DNA of 48,699 bases, taken from IMG/VR virus record IMGVR_UViG_3300009678_000013; one strand, 5' to 3'. Positions 8,636 through 18,802 of the stretch are shown one piece after another (position 1 is the first letter of the stretch; each line of letters starts with the position of its first letter). The notes under the pieces are model-generated. The model had not been told where the DNA came from. It searched no databases and saw nothing but the letters and a program-made list of their open reading frames with translations. The position numbers were made by a program, and so were the translations under genes. Origin of the DNA: a virus.

Positions 8636-9937
8636 ATGGTCGGCTATCGGAGCAATCGCTATGGCGGGGCCAATGCTTATCCTGGCATCACGGCGGGCAT
8701 TGACAATCTGACATCGGCGATCTTCGGCAATGCTCAGGACGACGCCAGCATTGCCGCTGCCGAACTCGCCCGCGCCAAGACGGCGAATGAGCAATTTGGC
8801 CTGACCGAAGCGCAGAATCTTGCAGCGTTGAGGCAGCGGTATGGACCGGCCTATGCCAAATATCTTGCCGAGGGTGGAACCCCCGATCCCGGTCTTGGTC
8901 AAATTTTCCTGACCGATTTGAAGGCTGGTGATGACATCGCTAAGGCCGGTCAAATCGGCAACATCAATACCTATGTTGCGGAAGGGACACCGGCCAGTAT
9001 GCGACAGGCCCTTGTGCTGGCAGGCAAGATGCCCGGTGAGAAATTCGCCGCCACGCCAGAGGAAGGCCAGCTTATTCGCGATGACATTCAGTCAGCGGCT
9101 TATGAACAAGCGACTGGCGTTGCCAATATCAGCGCGGCGGCGCGTCGCTATGCCGCCGATCAGTCTTTGGTCGGTTCGATGTATGGAACCGATGTTGGGT
9201 CCAGGGATACGCGCTGGAAGGAAGGATTCACAAGCCCCGAGGAACAGGCCAACATCAATTACAAGGGCGCACAGATCGCGGACTTGGAAGCCAAGACAGG
9301 GCAGACGACGGCGCTGACACAGCCGAAAGTCGATGCCCTGATTGCACTCGCCGATCAGCGGACAGCATCGGCGGAAAAGAACCGGCGATCGGCGACAGGC
9401 GGCACGCCGACCAAGATCAACCTCGCGACTCAGAACCGAATCGACAAAGCGATCTTGGGGAGCTTGCAGCGCAAGTTGCTTGACGACCCCGAGGCGTGGA
9501 AAGTGGTTGGCAACAAGACGGTTCTAAAGCCCGAAGCCCAGGCGCAGCTTTATGATTTCTTGGATTCTGCCACGCCTCTTGTCTTTGAAAAAATGCGGAC
9601 CGAAGGGCTCGATGAGCAGGCGGCTTTCGAGGCGGTGATGACCGAGAACGATCCGACGTGGACGAAGGGAACGCCAGGAGAGGAAGGTTGGTTCACGGAT
9701 ACGCCAGCGGTGCCAGGGACGTTGCAAAGCCCGCTGTTAAGCGATTCCTTGACTACACCGGCACCGGCACCGGCACCGGCACCGGCCGAGGGTGAAGCGG
9801 CAGCGGCAGAGCCAGTGGTGACGGATGAACCCGCTGAACCGTTGCCGCCGATCGGCACAGTTGTTGACGGTCATGTTTACAAGGGCGGCGACCCCTTCGA
9901 TTTCAAAAACTGGCGTCCAGTCGGTAAGGGGCGATAG
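8636..9937 (+). CDS. Putative internal virion or ejection protein
   Basis: 433-aa ORF with a PAPAPAPAP linker near the C-terminus. Its stop abuts the next start. Confidence 0.45.
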   Translation: MVGYRSNRYGGANAYPGITAGIDNLTSAIFGNAQDDASIAAAELARAKTANEQFGLTEAQNLAALRQRYGPAYAKYLAEGGTPDPGLGQIFLTDLKAGDDIAKAGQIGNINTYVAEGTPASMRQALVLAGKMPGEKFAATPEEGQLIRDDIQSAAYEQATGVANISAAARRYAADQSLVGSMYGTDVGSRDTRWKEGFTSPEEQANINYKGAQIADLEAKTGQTTALTQPKVDALIALADQRTASAEKNRRSATGGTPTKINLATQNRIDKAILGSLQRKLLDDPEAWKVVGNKTVLKPEAQAQLYDFLDSATPLVFEKMRTEGLDEQAAFEAVMTENDPTWTKGTPGEEGWFTDTPAVPGTLQSPLLSDSLTTPAPAPAPAPAEGEAAAAEPVVTDEPAEPLPPIGTVVDGHVYKGGDPFDFKNWRPVGKGR

Positions 9938-12900
9938 ATGGCGAATCCTTGGGAACGGAATTGGGCGATCCCCCAAGCGGCTCCGCCGCCGGCCATGTCG
10001 CCAGCGGACTTGTTGCCAGCGGCCCCGCCGCCAGCGGCAGCGCCGGCCGCTCCGATGCCGACGGCAAAAGCGCCGTGGGAACGGAATTGGGCTGTCTCTG
10101 CACCCGCGCCTGAACCGGATGGCCCCGGTCTAGGTGATCTTGTCGCAAGCCAGATTCCTGACGATCTGATGCAATCTCGATCGCCGGCAACCCTGCGGTC
10201 CTTCGCCGCGCAATTCTTGCCAGGGATGGCCCCGGCTCCGACGCGACCCGAGCCGGTTCCTGCGGGGCCTCGCGATCTGAATCAAATGGTTTTGAGCAAT
10301 GCCTTGGCCGCGCCGGATGAATCCTCGGCGCTCGGCGATCTTGAAATTGGTGTCAGGCGGTTGCAGGAAACCTTGCCGGGATTCAGGGCAGCCGGCGCGG
10401 CGAGGGAGCTTGCCGCTGATCCGGGGCAGGCGATTCTCGATCAGACACTTTTGCGCCAGCAACAGCGCCGTGAATTCGGCGGCGGCATCGATCCGATCGA
10501 GCTTGCGGAAATGGATCGGCGCGAGCTTGCCAATCTCGGCGCGGCTGTCACAGCGGCAGAGCCTACCCGAGAGGCGGTCAAGACCGAAGCTCGGAAAGAC
10601 CTCGCCTCGGCTGTGATCGACATCGCCGAGCAGGAAGCGGCGATCGCTAAGATTCCAAAGAACCCGGCATCAGAAGCGATCGGAGCCGCCGGTAATTGGT
10701 CGGACATCCTGACCGCGTTTCGATCCGATCCTTATGGGGCCACGCGGTCTTTCATGCTGCAATCGGCCCCGGCGATGGTTCCGCAGATCGGGGCAACCAT
10801 CGTCGGCGGTGCGCTCGGCGGTGTTCCAGGCGCGGCCTTGGCGAGCGGCGCGGCGGCTTATGGCAATGAATTCGCCCCGGCGATCATCGAACAAATCCAG
10901 CGGCGCGGAGTGAACCCCGAGGATGCGGCAGGGGTCTATGCCTTGATGAACGGCCCCGATGGCGAGGCGGTCCTGCGTGATGCAGCCCGAGCCGCCGGCA
11001 TCATTTCCGTGGTCGAAGGTGTAACCGGCGGCATCTTCGGAAAGCTGTCCAAGTTTGCCCCTCATGGGCCGATGGGGAGAATCGCGGCGACGGGCGCGGA
11101 ATTGGTCGCCGAGCCTGCCGGCGGTGCGGCCGGTGAAACGGCGAAGCAATTGGCGATCGAGGGTAAGATCACTCCTGGCGGGATCGCTGGCGAGACGATC
11201 GGCGGCGCGGTCCCTGGCGTTGTCCAAGCCGGGGTTGTTGCCGCTCAACCCGGAGCTAAGACTCCTGAAATTCCGCTCGGTGCGGAACCAGGGCGAACGC
11301 CTGCGGCTTCGGCGGCACCGACCCAGGCAGCGCAGCCGGCGGCGGCGGGAGCAATACCTGTCTCTCCCCCGCCGCCGGTATCTACAACGGCCAAGGAACC
11401 GACAGAGGTTCCCCCGGCCCCTGTGACGACCCCCGCGACTGAAACGCCTCCCCAGGCCACAGCGGGGCAACCGGCGGCGGCGCTCCCCTCGCCGCCGCCG
11501 ACTACCGCGCCGGCAGCCGAGACGCCGCCTGTAGTGACAACCGCACCACAAACCGGCGAGACGCCGCCGGTTGTCACTACAACCGCACCACAAACCGGCG
11601 AGACGCCGCCGCCTGCCGCCGCTCCGGTCAGGGGCAGGCCGACCGGCAAGACGGAACAGACGACGACGGCCCGAGGCACGACGATCGACACCGAATTCGA
11701 GGTCATGGAAGCCGATGACATCCTGACTTCGGACAAGAAGGGCTATGACCCTGCGATCCAGCCTCGGCAGCGCGGCGGCAGGATCGGCCTCGAAACCCAA
11801 GTGGAGGACATCAGGGCGAACCTTCGGCCGGAATGGCTCGGATCGTCGCCGCAGGCCGATCGCGGATCGCCGATTCTCGGTCCCGATAACATGGCCGAGA
11901 CGGGCAACGGTCGGATCATGGCGCTTCGCGGTTTAAGCCCCGAGGGACGCCAGCGATATAACGATTGGCTCAAATCCGAGGGCTATGACATCGAGGGCAT
12001 GAAGGCCCCGGTCCTGATCCGCCGTCGGACCACGCCGATGACACCGGAACAGCGCCGGCAATTTGCGATCGAGGCGAACGAGGCGACCACGGCGGAAATG
12101 TCGGAAGTGGAACAGGCCCAGGCCGACACCGACATCATGACGCCGCAAGTCATGGAAAAGTTGGTCAATGCGACCGACATCGCCGGCCGGTCGAATAGCG
12201 CCTTCCATCAGGCTTTCATCGCGGCGCTGCCGGCGGCGCAGCAGAACAAGCTAGTGGACGCGCAGGGCAATCTCTCCCAGGCAGGAGCGAGGCGGATCAG
12301 GAACGCGGTGTTCAATGCCGCCTATGGCGATCCGGCGATGACGAATCGGATCACGGAATCGACTGATGATGCGGTCCGCTCGGTCAGTCAAGCCTTGCTC
12401 AACGTCGCGCCGGCATGGGCCAAGATGCGAGCGCGGGCCAAGTCGGGGGAAATCCAGGCTAACCTCGATGCGACCAAATCGCTGATGGAAGCTGTCAAGC
12501 GGACAGCCGACATCCGGGCATCCAACAGCGATCTAAAGACGGCGCTGGCGCAACAGGACATTCTCAATCCGATCAATTCGGAAGTCGAAGCATTCATGCG
12601 GATGCTGCACAACCCCGAAGGCAAGGCCGCCTCGGGCAAGGCGATGAACGATTTGCTCCGGTTCTATGCCGAGGAAGCGCAAAAGGCGGAAGCTCGCCCT
12701 GGCATCTTCGGTGAGGATGAGGTTCCGGCGATCACGCCCGAGCAAATCGTCAAGGCGGGAATGGAGCGCACCCATGGCAAAAGAGCAGAACAGCAAACCC
12801 TCGGACTCGGACTTGGACAGCCGAGTCCTGACAACAAAAAACAAGGCGCTCCTGCGGGCGATGCAGAGAACGCTCCGCAAGCATCGCTACAACGACCCCC

Positions 12901-15900
12901 TGCTAAAACAGGTGACGGCGAGACTGGCGGCGCTGGCGAAGGAAGTGAAGCTGGACGTGGACCCGCAAGTGGAGTCGAACCGAACGAAGCTGGACGAAAG
13001 GCTGGACCCGACACCGGGAAAGGGCGGACCAAAGCCAAAGCCAAACCAGTTCCAAAAGCCCGAAAGCCAGTAGAGCCGACCGAGGCGGAATTTACCGGCG
13101 CTATTCGGAAGCATGATGTCGCCAGCGTGACCGAGACGGCGAAGGATATGGTTCGCTCGGCGAGCAATGGCCGAACGGTCGAATGGGGCAAGCTATCCGA
13201 TGCAGAGAAACGGGCTGCTATGGAGCTTGCCAGGGCCTATCCCAATCTGCCCGAAGCCGAAGTCACCGAGGATACCGCTGGCGATTTTGACGATCTGGAC
13301 GATGAACTCGCCGAGGCGGATGAGCGGGAAGCCGAATTCGACGTGAACCTTGACGCGCAGCGCGAAACCGATCCCGACAATGCGGCAGACGTTTTCTCTA
13401 ACTTCCTTTTGGAAGCTCCTGGCGATCAGATAACAAAGAAGCCCAAACCGAAACCCCCTGGCAGGACCGGCGGCAAGGAAGGCGGCAAGACTCGGCCCGA
13501 GCCAGAGGATTTCCAGGCCAGTTCGCTTTTGCATCAGCCATCGGACCTCGACAACGTGTGGACCGACATGGGCATCGATCCTGCCGAGGCGAACGCCATG
13601 CCGCCGCAGCAGCAATTCAATTTGCTCACAAGGGCGCTGTCGGATCGCTTCGGGATCAAGAAAATCCTGAAAGCCCCCGACACGACCTTGCGCGTGGCGA
13701 TCGATCAGATGAAAGACCTGTGGCAAGGCATGTCGTGGATGTCGCATGTCATGGGCCTGCCGCCGAAGGCGATGGGATTGCTCAATGACTTGAACCTTGT
13801 ATTCACCCGCGATCCCGTCAAATTCTTTGGCGCTTATGCCTACGGCAAGGGAAGGTTCAGGGAAGGCAAATTGATTGTCGATGCGCCGGCCATCATCCTG
13901 CCGGATCGGTCGCGGTCATGGGCGCACGAATGGATGCACGCGCTGGACAATTGGCTGTTCGCGCAATTCGACGCCAGCCGATCGGACAATCTTTCCGGTT
14001 TCATCCGCGCTGTCGAATCCGGCGTCAATGTCGATCCGAAGATTGCCAGCGCCTTCGACAATTCGCGCAAGGCATTCGCCGATCTGATGCGGGCGATCTT
14101 CTATGAGATTGGCCCCGATGGGAGCTTCACGCAGCGCGATACCAAATACTTCGGCCTCGCTCAACGGCTCGATCAGGGAGGGAAAGCCTATTGGTCGAAG
14201 CCGACCGAATTGCTGGCGCGGGCCGGCGAGGCGTATGTCGCGCACAAGATCAAGGAAGCCGGCGGCTCGATCGCGAATGTCGCCAAGGATGATGCGACCT
14301 ATCTGTCGGCGGCGGAAGATCGCATGGCTAAGACCTTCCCCAAAAAACAGGATCGCGAGAACATCTTTGCCGCCTTCGACAATCTGTTCATCCAGCTTGG
14401 CCGCGATCAGCCCTTCGGCACCAGCCCGCTGACAGAGCGCCCCGCCGATCCGATCCTGACCCCCTCGAATTGGGATCATATCTTTTCCAACAAGGAACAG
14501 GCGACGTTGCGCTCGATCTTCGGTGATCCGAAGGCGGACCTCGTTCGCCTGCGGGATTCGATCAACGGGTTTGCGCGGCAGGCCGCCAACATGAGCGGGA
14601 TCAAGGATGCCGCTGTCCTGGCGCGGAACACCTATGAATTCCTGTGGCGATCGATGGCAGGGACATCGCACGCCATTGCGAGGCGCACCGGCAGCAGCGC
14701 GGCGCAATGGCTCGCCAATCATATCGGGACCAATCCTGGCAGCGGCCAAACCATCACGTCGCCCTATGAAGATGCGATCTACAACAGGATCGTCGGGTAT
14801 CAGAACGAGCTAACCGCCGTCGGTAAACAGACTGGCATGGACAATTTCACGGTCGATGAACTCGATCAGCTTCGCGACATCATGACGACGGGCGGCGAAG
14901 TCGATGCGATCCCGGCCGAGTTTGCAAACTATCCCGACGCCGTGAAACAGGCCGCGCTCGGGATGCGGAAGATCATGGACAAGGTTTGGTATGACCTAAA
15001 GAACGCCGGCATCGACATCGGCTATGTCCGCAATGGCTACTTGCCGCGCCGACTCGATCATGAGGCGATCGAAAGGAACCCGACGCAATTCATCGCCGAC
15101 GCCAAGCAAGTCTATGAGTTGGACTTCAATGACGACATCGGCGAGACGGTCGATGACGTGCTGGCAGACGGCTACACGGTCAAGGAAAACAAGAAACTTC
15201 GGGACTGGCGCTATTGGGCGCGGGCTGCGGTCAAGGCCGGGGCTGTTCCTGTCGATCTGTATAACGACCTCGCCAAAGCTGCCCGCAAGATGTCGAACCT
15301 CAATTCCAAGATCAAGAAAATCCAGGCGTCCGATGACCCGGACCCGGATGCGATCGCCAAATTGGAGGAAAAGCTCGAAACTGCCCAAGAGGAATTTGAA
15401 CAGGCGATGGCCGACATGCACGATGCGGTCAAAGACTTCTACACGACCACGCTGGCGAACGCTTGGCTGTCCAACATCAGGAAGGATGAGCTTCGCGCCG
15501 ACGATCGGCAGGGCAGGCCGGCTCCGAACAACTTCCTGAAAAGCCGGACCATGCGGCCCGAAGCCGATCGGATCATGAAGGCGTTCTATCTCAACCATCC
15601 GGTTGAATTGGTCAGCGACTACATTCACGCCGCCTCGCGCCGCGCTGAATTCGCCAAGCGGTTTGGATCAGGCGGCGAGCGGATCGATACCGCCATGGAA
15701 CTAGCCCGGAGCCAGGGCGTATCCAAGCGCGATCGCCAGTATCTTCGTCAATCGCTCGACATCGTGATCGGCCGCAACAAGCGCGACAGCAACGGCATGA
15801 CCAAGGTTGCCGACTGGACGAATTTCTTTGCGACCGCCGGCTTGCTCGGTCGCGTCACCTTCACGTCGCTGGCGGAAATGATGAACATCGTGGTGCGCTC

Positions 15901-17245
15901 GGGCCGCTATGGCGATCTGATCCGCGTGCCGCACCGGATGTTCATCGAAGCATTCGCCGAGTTTGGCCTGATGAGCAAGGAGACGCACGAATACCGGACC
16001 ATGATGGAAATGTTGGGCATCGTGGCGAACGAGGGTGTCTCGACCTACCTTGAAGCCGAGTCGCAGGGATTGAACCTTCGGCATCGGTCGCGGCTTGAAG
16101 GGATGCAGCGCCAAACCTATCGGTTCTTTGGCATCAGCGCCCTGACCCGAGCGCAGCGCAACGTCGCCGGCCGGATCGGGCTGCAAGTGATGCGATCGCT
16201 GGCGGTCAATCACCTTGACGGCAAGAACAAGGAAGCGAACGCCTATGACTTCGCCGAGCTTGGGATTCCCGAGGGGATGCGGAACAAGTTTTCCAAGTGG
16301 TTCCTCGGCTACTTCGCCGACGCGGAGCGGCGCGGCATCGATCTTCCGACGCCATCGGAATTGCAGACCCATGAGAACAGCGCGATGACCACGCTGTTGC
16401 GCGGCGCTCTGATGCGCTTTGCCGATCAGTCAATCCAGATGCCCAAGAAATCCGACATGCCGATGTTGGGCCATACTCCGGTCTTGCGGCTGGCCTACTC
16501 GCTGACAAGATTTTTCCATGCGTTGACGCGGAACATCCTGACCCCGCTCGGCCGAAATCTCTATGGCACCGCGACCGGAAAACTCGGCCCAGGCGGCAGG
16601 CCGGTGTCGCGGAGCGTGGCCGCCAATCGCGCCATCCTGCACACCCTGCCGCTGATGGCCGGCGCTGTCATCGTGTCCTCGGTCAATCAGTTCTTGCGCG
16701 AGCAGCTATTCCCGCCGGCCGACCAAGAGGAAAAGGATTGGTTCGATTACATCCTGTCCGGTATCTCGGGCGCGGGCTACTTCGGTTCCTTCGATCGACC
16801 GGCGACATGGATGGTCAAAAAGGCGACCGGGAAATCGCGCTATCCAGTCGATATTCGGGATCTGTTAGCCGGCCCCACGGCGGCCTCGATCATCAGGGAT
16901 GTCCAGCGCGTTTTCGGCCAGTTCGATGTCGGCAACTCGCCCAATACCACGGCGGCGGAATTCCAGGCGGCGCGGGGCTGGTATGGCCTGTTGGTCAAGC
17001 CGTCTTTGGTCGCCATCCTCGGGAGCATCAAATCGCCGACTTTCGGGATGCCGGCGGGACTGGCGAACATGTATCTGTCCAGCGCCCAAGGGCGGGACGC
17101 CATTATCGAGGGCGTGACCGGGTGGGAGCGACCGAAACCACCGAGCCGGGCGGGCAGTAAATCGTCAGGCAAGGCCGCGCCGGCTCCTGCGGCTTCGGGG
17201 ATAAAGCTGCCGACTTTGACGATGCCGGCTTTGCCTTCCCCTTAG
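9938..17245 (+). CDS. Giant (2435 aa) virion-associated polyvalent protein with a ddrB-type ParB-like domain and an HExxH zincin-like domain
   Basis: Single uninterrupted ORF. QPRQRGG (from nt 11759) and ETGNGRIMAL (from nt 11897) resemble the ParB-like motifs of phage polyvalent proteins. HEWMH lies at nt 13925-13939. The N-terminus is P/A-rich with a duplicated PWERNWA, followed by a G/A-rich hydrophobic segment. Confidence 0.6.
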   Translation: MANPWERNWAIPQAAPPPAMSPADLLPAAPPPAAAPAAPMPTAKAPWERNWAVSAPAPEPDGPGLGDLVASQIPDDLMQSRSPATLRSFAAQFLPGMAPAPTRPEPVPAGPRDLNQMVLSNALAAPDESSALGDLEIGVRRLQETLPGFRAAGAARELAADPGQAILDQTLLRQQQRREFGGGIDPIELAEMDRRELANLGAAVTAAEPTREAVKTEARKDLASAVIDIAEQEAAIAKIPKNPASEAIGAAGNWSDILTAFRSDPYGATRSFMLQSAPAMVPQIGATIVGGALGGVPGAALASGAAAYGNEFAPAIIEQIQRRGVNPEDAAGVYALMNGPDGEAVLRDAARAAGIISVVEGVTGGIFGKLSKFAPHGPMGRIAATGAELVAEPAGGAAGETAKQLAIEGKITPGGIAGETIGGAVPGVVQAGVVAAQPGAKTPEIPLGAEPGRTPAASAAPTQAAQPAAAGAIPVSPPPPVSTTAKEPTEVPPAPVTTPATETPPQATAGQPAAALPSPPPTTAPAAETPPVVTTAPQTGETPPVVTTTAPQTGETPPPAAAPVRGRPTGKTEQTTTARGTTIDTEFEVMEADDILTSDKKGYDPAIQPRQRGGRIGLETQVEDIRANLRPEWLGSSPQADRGSPILGPDNMAETGNGRIMALRGLSPEGRQRYNDWLKSEGYDIEGMKAPVLIRRRTTPMTPEQRRQFAIEANEATTAEMSEVEQAQADTDIMTPQVMEKLVNATDIAGRSNSAFHQAFIAALPAAQQNKLVDAQGNLSQAGARRIRNAVFNAAYGDPAMTNRITESTDDAVRSVSQALLNVAPAWAKMRARAKSGEIQANLDATKSLMEAVKRTADIRASNSDLKTALAQQDILNPINSEVEAFMRMLHNPEGKAASGKAMNDLLRFYAEEAQKAEARPGIFGEDEVPAITPEQIVKAGMERTHGKRAEQQTLGLGLGQPSPDNKKQGAPAGDAENAPQASLQRPPAKTGDGETGGAGEGSEAGRGPASGVEPNEAGRKAGPDTGKGRTKAKAKPVPKARKPVEPTEAEFTGAIRKHDVASVTETAKDMVRSASNGRTVEWGKLSDAEKRAAMELARAYPNLPEAEVTEDTAGDFDDLDDELAEADEREAEFDVNLDAQRETDPDNAADVFSNFLLEAPGDQITKKPKPKPPGRTGGKEGGKTRPEPEDFQASSLLHQPSDLDNVWTDMGIDPAEANAMPPQQQFNLLTRALSDRFGIKKILKAPDTTLRVAIDQMKDLWQGMSWMSHVMGLPPKAMGLLNDLNLVFTRDPVKFFGAYAYGKGRFREGKLIVDAPAIILPDRSRSWAHEWMHALDNWLFAQFDASRSDNLSGFIRAVESGVNVDPKIASAFDNSRKAFADLMRAIFYEIGPDGSFTQRDTKYFGLAQRLDQGGKAYWSKPTELLARAGEAYVAHKIKEAGGSIANVAKDDATYLSAAEDRMAKTFPKKQDRENIFAAFDNLFIQLGRDQPFGTSPLTERPADPILTPSNWDHIFSNKEQATLRSIFGDPKADLVRLRDSINGFARQAANMSGIKDAAVLARNTYEFLWRSMAGTSHAIARRTGSSAAQWLANHIGTNPGSGQTITSPYEDAIYNRIVGYQNELTAVGKQTGMDNFTVDELDQLRDIMTTGGEVDAIPAEFANYPDAVKQAALGMRKIMDKVWYDLKNAGIDIGYVRNGYLPRRLDHEAIERNPTQFIADAKQVYELDFNDDIGETVDDVLADGYTVKENKKLRDWRYWARAAVKAGAVPVDLYNDLAKAARKMSNLNSKIKKIQASDDPDPDAIAKLEEKLETAQEEFEQAMADMHDAVKDFYTTTLANAWLSNIRKDELRADDRQGRPAPNNFLKSRTMRPEADRIMKAFYLNHPVELVSDYIHAASRRAEFAKRFGSGGERIDTAMELARSQGVSKRDRQYLRQSLDIVIGRNKRDSNGMTKVADWTNFFATAGLLGRVTFTSLAEMMNIVVRSGRYGDLIRVPHRMFIEAFAEFGLMSKETHEYRTMMEMLGIVANEGVSTYLEAESQGLNLRHRSRLEGMQRQTYRFFGISALTRAQRNVAGRIGLQVMRSLAVNHLDGKNKEANAYDFAELGIPEGMRNKFSKWFLGYFADAERRGIDLPTPSELQTHENSAMTTLLRGALMRFADQSIQMPKKSDMPMLGHTPVLRLAYSLTRFFHALTRNILTPLGRNLYGTATGKLGPGGRPVSRSVAANRAILHTLPLMAGAVIVSSVNQFLREQLFPPADQEEKDWFDYILSGISGAGYFGSFDRPATWMVKKATGKSRYPVDIRDLLAGPTAASIIRDVQRVFGQFDVGNSPNTTAAEFQAARGWYGLLVKPSLVAILGSIKSPTFGMPAGLANMYLSSAQGRDAIIEGVTGWERPKPPSRAGSKSSGKAAPAPAASGIKLPTLTMPALPSP
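11539..11610 (+). repeat. In-frame 42-bp tandem duplication inside the giant gene
   Basis: aaccgcaccacaaaccggcgagacgccgcc occurs at 11539-11568 and 11581-11610 (TAPQTGETPP repeat). Confidence 0.8.
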
Positions 17246-17546
17246 ATCGTGGCCGGCGAGGCATTATCGCCGTAGGGAAGGGCGGCAGGCACAAGCCGGG
17301 GTATCCGACATGGAAAGCCTCAACGGCCCCTAACGCCCCGGAATCGACCGGCCGCGTCTTTCCGCCCTGGTAGAACCGGACCGCATCGGTGATCTTTTCC
17401 TTGATCGCGGTCAAAAGCCCTGCCCTTGTCACGCAATAGGATTGGTTAATCCATTGCTTTCCCTGGATTCTTTGCAAAATCCACTGGCGCGGCGCGGCGT
17501 CATGCTCGATCACGCGCCACTGATCGTTAAGCTGTATTAACATCAC
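17103..17546 (-). CDS. Hypothetical protein, last gene of the leftward arm
   Basis: 147-aa ORF. Its ATG overlaps the upstream stop (ATGA). Its 3' 143 nt overlap the convergent giant gene, and the C-terminal third is low complexity. Confidence 0.5.
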   Translation of the reverse strand: MMLIQLNDQWRVIEHDAAPRQWILQRIQGKQWINQSYCVTRAGLLTAIKEKITDAVRFYQGGKTRPVDSGALGAVEAFHVGYPGLCLPPFPTAIMPRRPRSKGKAKPASSKSAALSPKPQEPARPCLTIYCPPGSVVSVAPTRSRPR

Positions 17547-17983
17547 TGAACCCTCAACCCGTCGGTGTTGGGGAAATTGGCCGGGTTCGCCGATCGGAAC
17601 TCTCCGTCATCGCCCATGGGGTCATAGCCGGGATGGCAAAGCTCTAGGACACCCGCCTCGGCCAAGAAGGTGAACAGATCGAAGGAGTCGATCAGCAGGC
17701 CCACCCGTTGCTTGACGACCGGGCCGGTTTGGTCGGGGCCGGCGTGAAGCTGGCGGATGACATAGGGGAGCATGGCGATTTGCCTTGTCTCTACCGCCTC
17801 GCTCGACGGCGTGGTCCGCGTGGCGACCACGGCGATTCCAGGCGACTTTTCCGGTTCCGGTTTTTCGTCGGCATAGAACCGCCCGACGTAGGCCCCGAAT
17901 TCATTGATGGCGTCAAGCTGGTAGAGCGCGGTCAGAACCTTGGCCGAGGACTTGGGCCAGAGGCGAGTTGGAAGTAGCATCAT
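17543..17983 (-). CDS. Hypothetical protein
   Basis: Start refined to MMLLPTRLW at 17983, with an ATGA overlap to the upstream stop. 146 aa. Confidence 0.55.
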   Translation of the reverse strand: MMLLPTRLWPKSSAKVLTALYQLDAINEFGAYVGRFYADEKPEPEKSPGIAVVATRTTPSSEAVETRQIAMLPYVIRQLHAGPDQTGPVVKQRVGLLIDSFDLFTFLAEAGVLELCHPGYDPMGDDGEFRSANPANFPNTDGLRVQ

Positions 17984-18300
17984 GGCAGCACCAGGGGGTT
18001 GACCTCGGGGCGATCGTCGCGGGCTTGGATCGGCTTGCGAATCCCGACATCCAAATCCACGTCGCCGCACGACAGGCAGATCACGATGCCCTGCGGCGCG
18101 GAACCGAGTTGGCAGCCGCCGAGAGAAGCTATGCCGGCGGCAAAGAGAAGCAGGAGAACAAGCGTGGCTGCAAAGGTCAATTTCCTGGCGTGGGCCTCGC
18201 AATGGCTGAGAGCGAATTGGCGCATACACAGGAAGCGCATGGGCCAAGGCCCCCTCTCCCGATCGGAAGCTGCACAGGTGCAGGCGTAATTTTGTGTCAT
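17980..18300 (-). CDS. Putative lipoprotein
   Basis: Hydrophobic signal-like segment FAATLVLLLLFAAGIASLGG-C (lipobox-like LGGC). ATGA coupling at both ends. Confidence 0.5.
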   Translation of the reverse strand: MTQNYACTCAASDRERGPWPMRFLCMRQFALSHCEAHARKLTFAATLVLLLLFAAGIASLGGCQLGSAPQGIVICLSCGDVDLDVGIRKPIQARDDRPEVNPLVLP

Positions 18301-18515
18301 AGCTTCAATTCCTCTTGTGGCGATGGACCTCGCAATTTGACGAGGGTTTGGCGGACGGCGATCATTTGCCCGATCCGGCGCTTGGCGACTTCCTCTTTCA
18401 TGCGCCCTTCCTTGACCCACTTGGGATAGAGCATCCCGCGAAAGGCAAGCTCGCGCTCGACCTCGGCGATTTGATCGTCCAGGGACCAATTTTCATTGAA
18501 GGGCTGTGGCATCAT
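18297..18515 (-). CDS. Hypothetical protein
   Basis: 72 aa from MMPQPFNENW. ATGA overlap with the upstream stop. Confidence 0.55.
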   Translation of the reverse strand: MMPQPFNENWSLDDQIAEVERELAFRGMLYPKWVKEGRMKEEVAKRRIGQMIAVRQTLVKLRGPSPQEELKL

Positions 18516-18802
18516 TTCGTGGCCTCGCGGAGTTTGGCGATTACTGGACGGACGCCCCAATCGTTGTCGTCTAATCCCTCTGTCGCTTCCATCATCACGG
18601 CCTTTAGCCGCTCGATCTTCATTTCCAGTTCATACTTATCTTCGCGCAACCGCTCGGCCTGCCGACCTTGCTCGGTCGCGAGGGCATGAAGGCGGACCAC
18701 TTCATCGGTCAGTTGGAGAATCAAAGTGCAATGGTCCGCGCCATCGTTCAGTTGATAGGCCAGGGTTCTTGCCCGCTCTAGGTCCGAAGCATCGATGGTC
18801 AT
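18512..18802 (-). CDS. Hypothetical coiled-coil protein
   Basis: 96 aa from MTIDASDLER. ATGA overlap. Confidence 0.55.
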   Translation of the reverse strand: MTIDASDLERARTLAYQLNDGADHCTLILQLTDEVVRLHALATEQGRQAERLREDKYELEMKIERLKAVMMEATEGLDDNDWGVRPVIAKLREATK

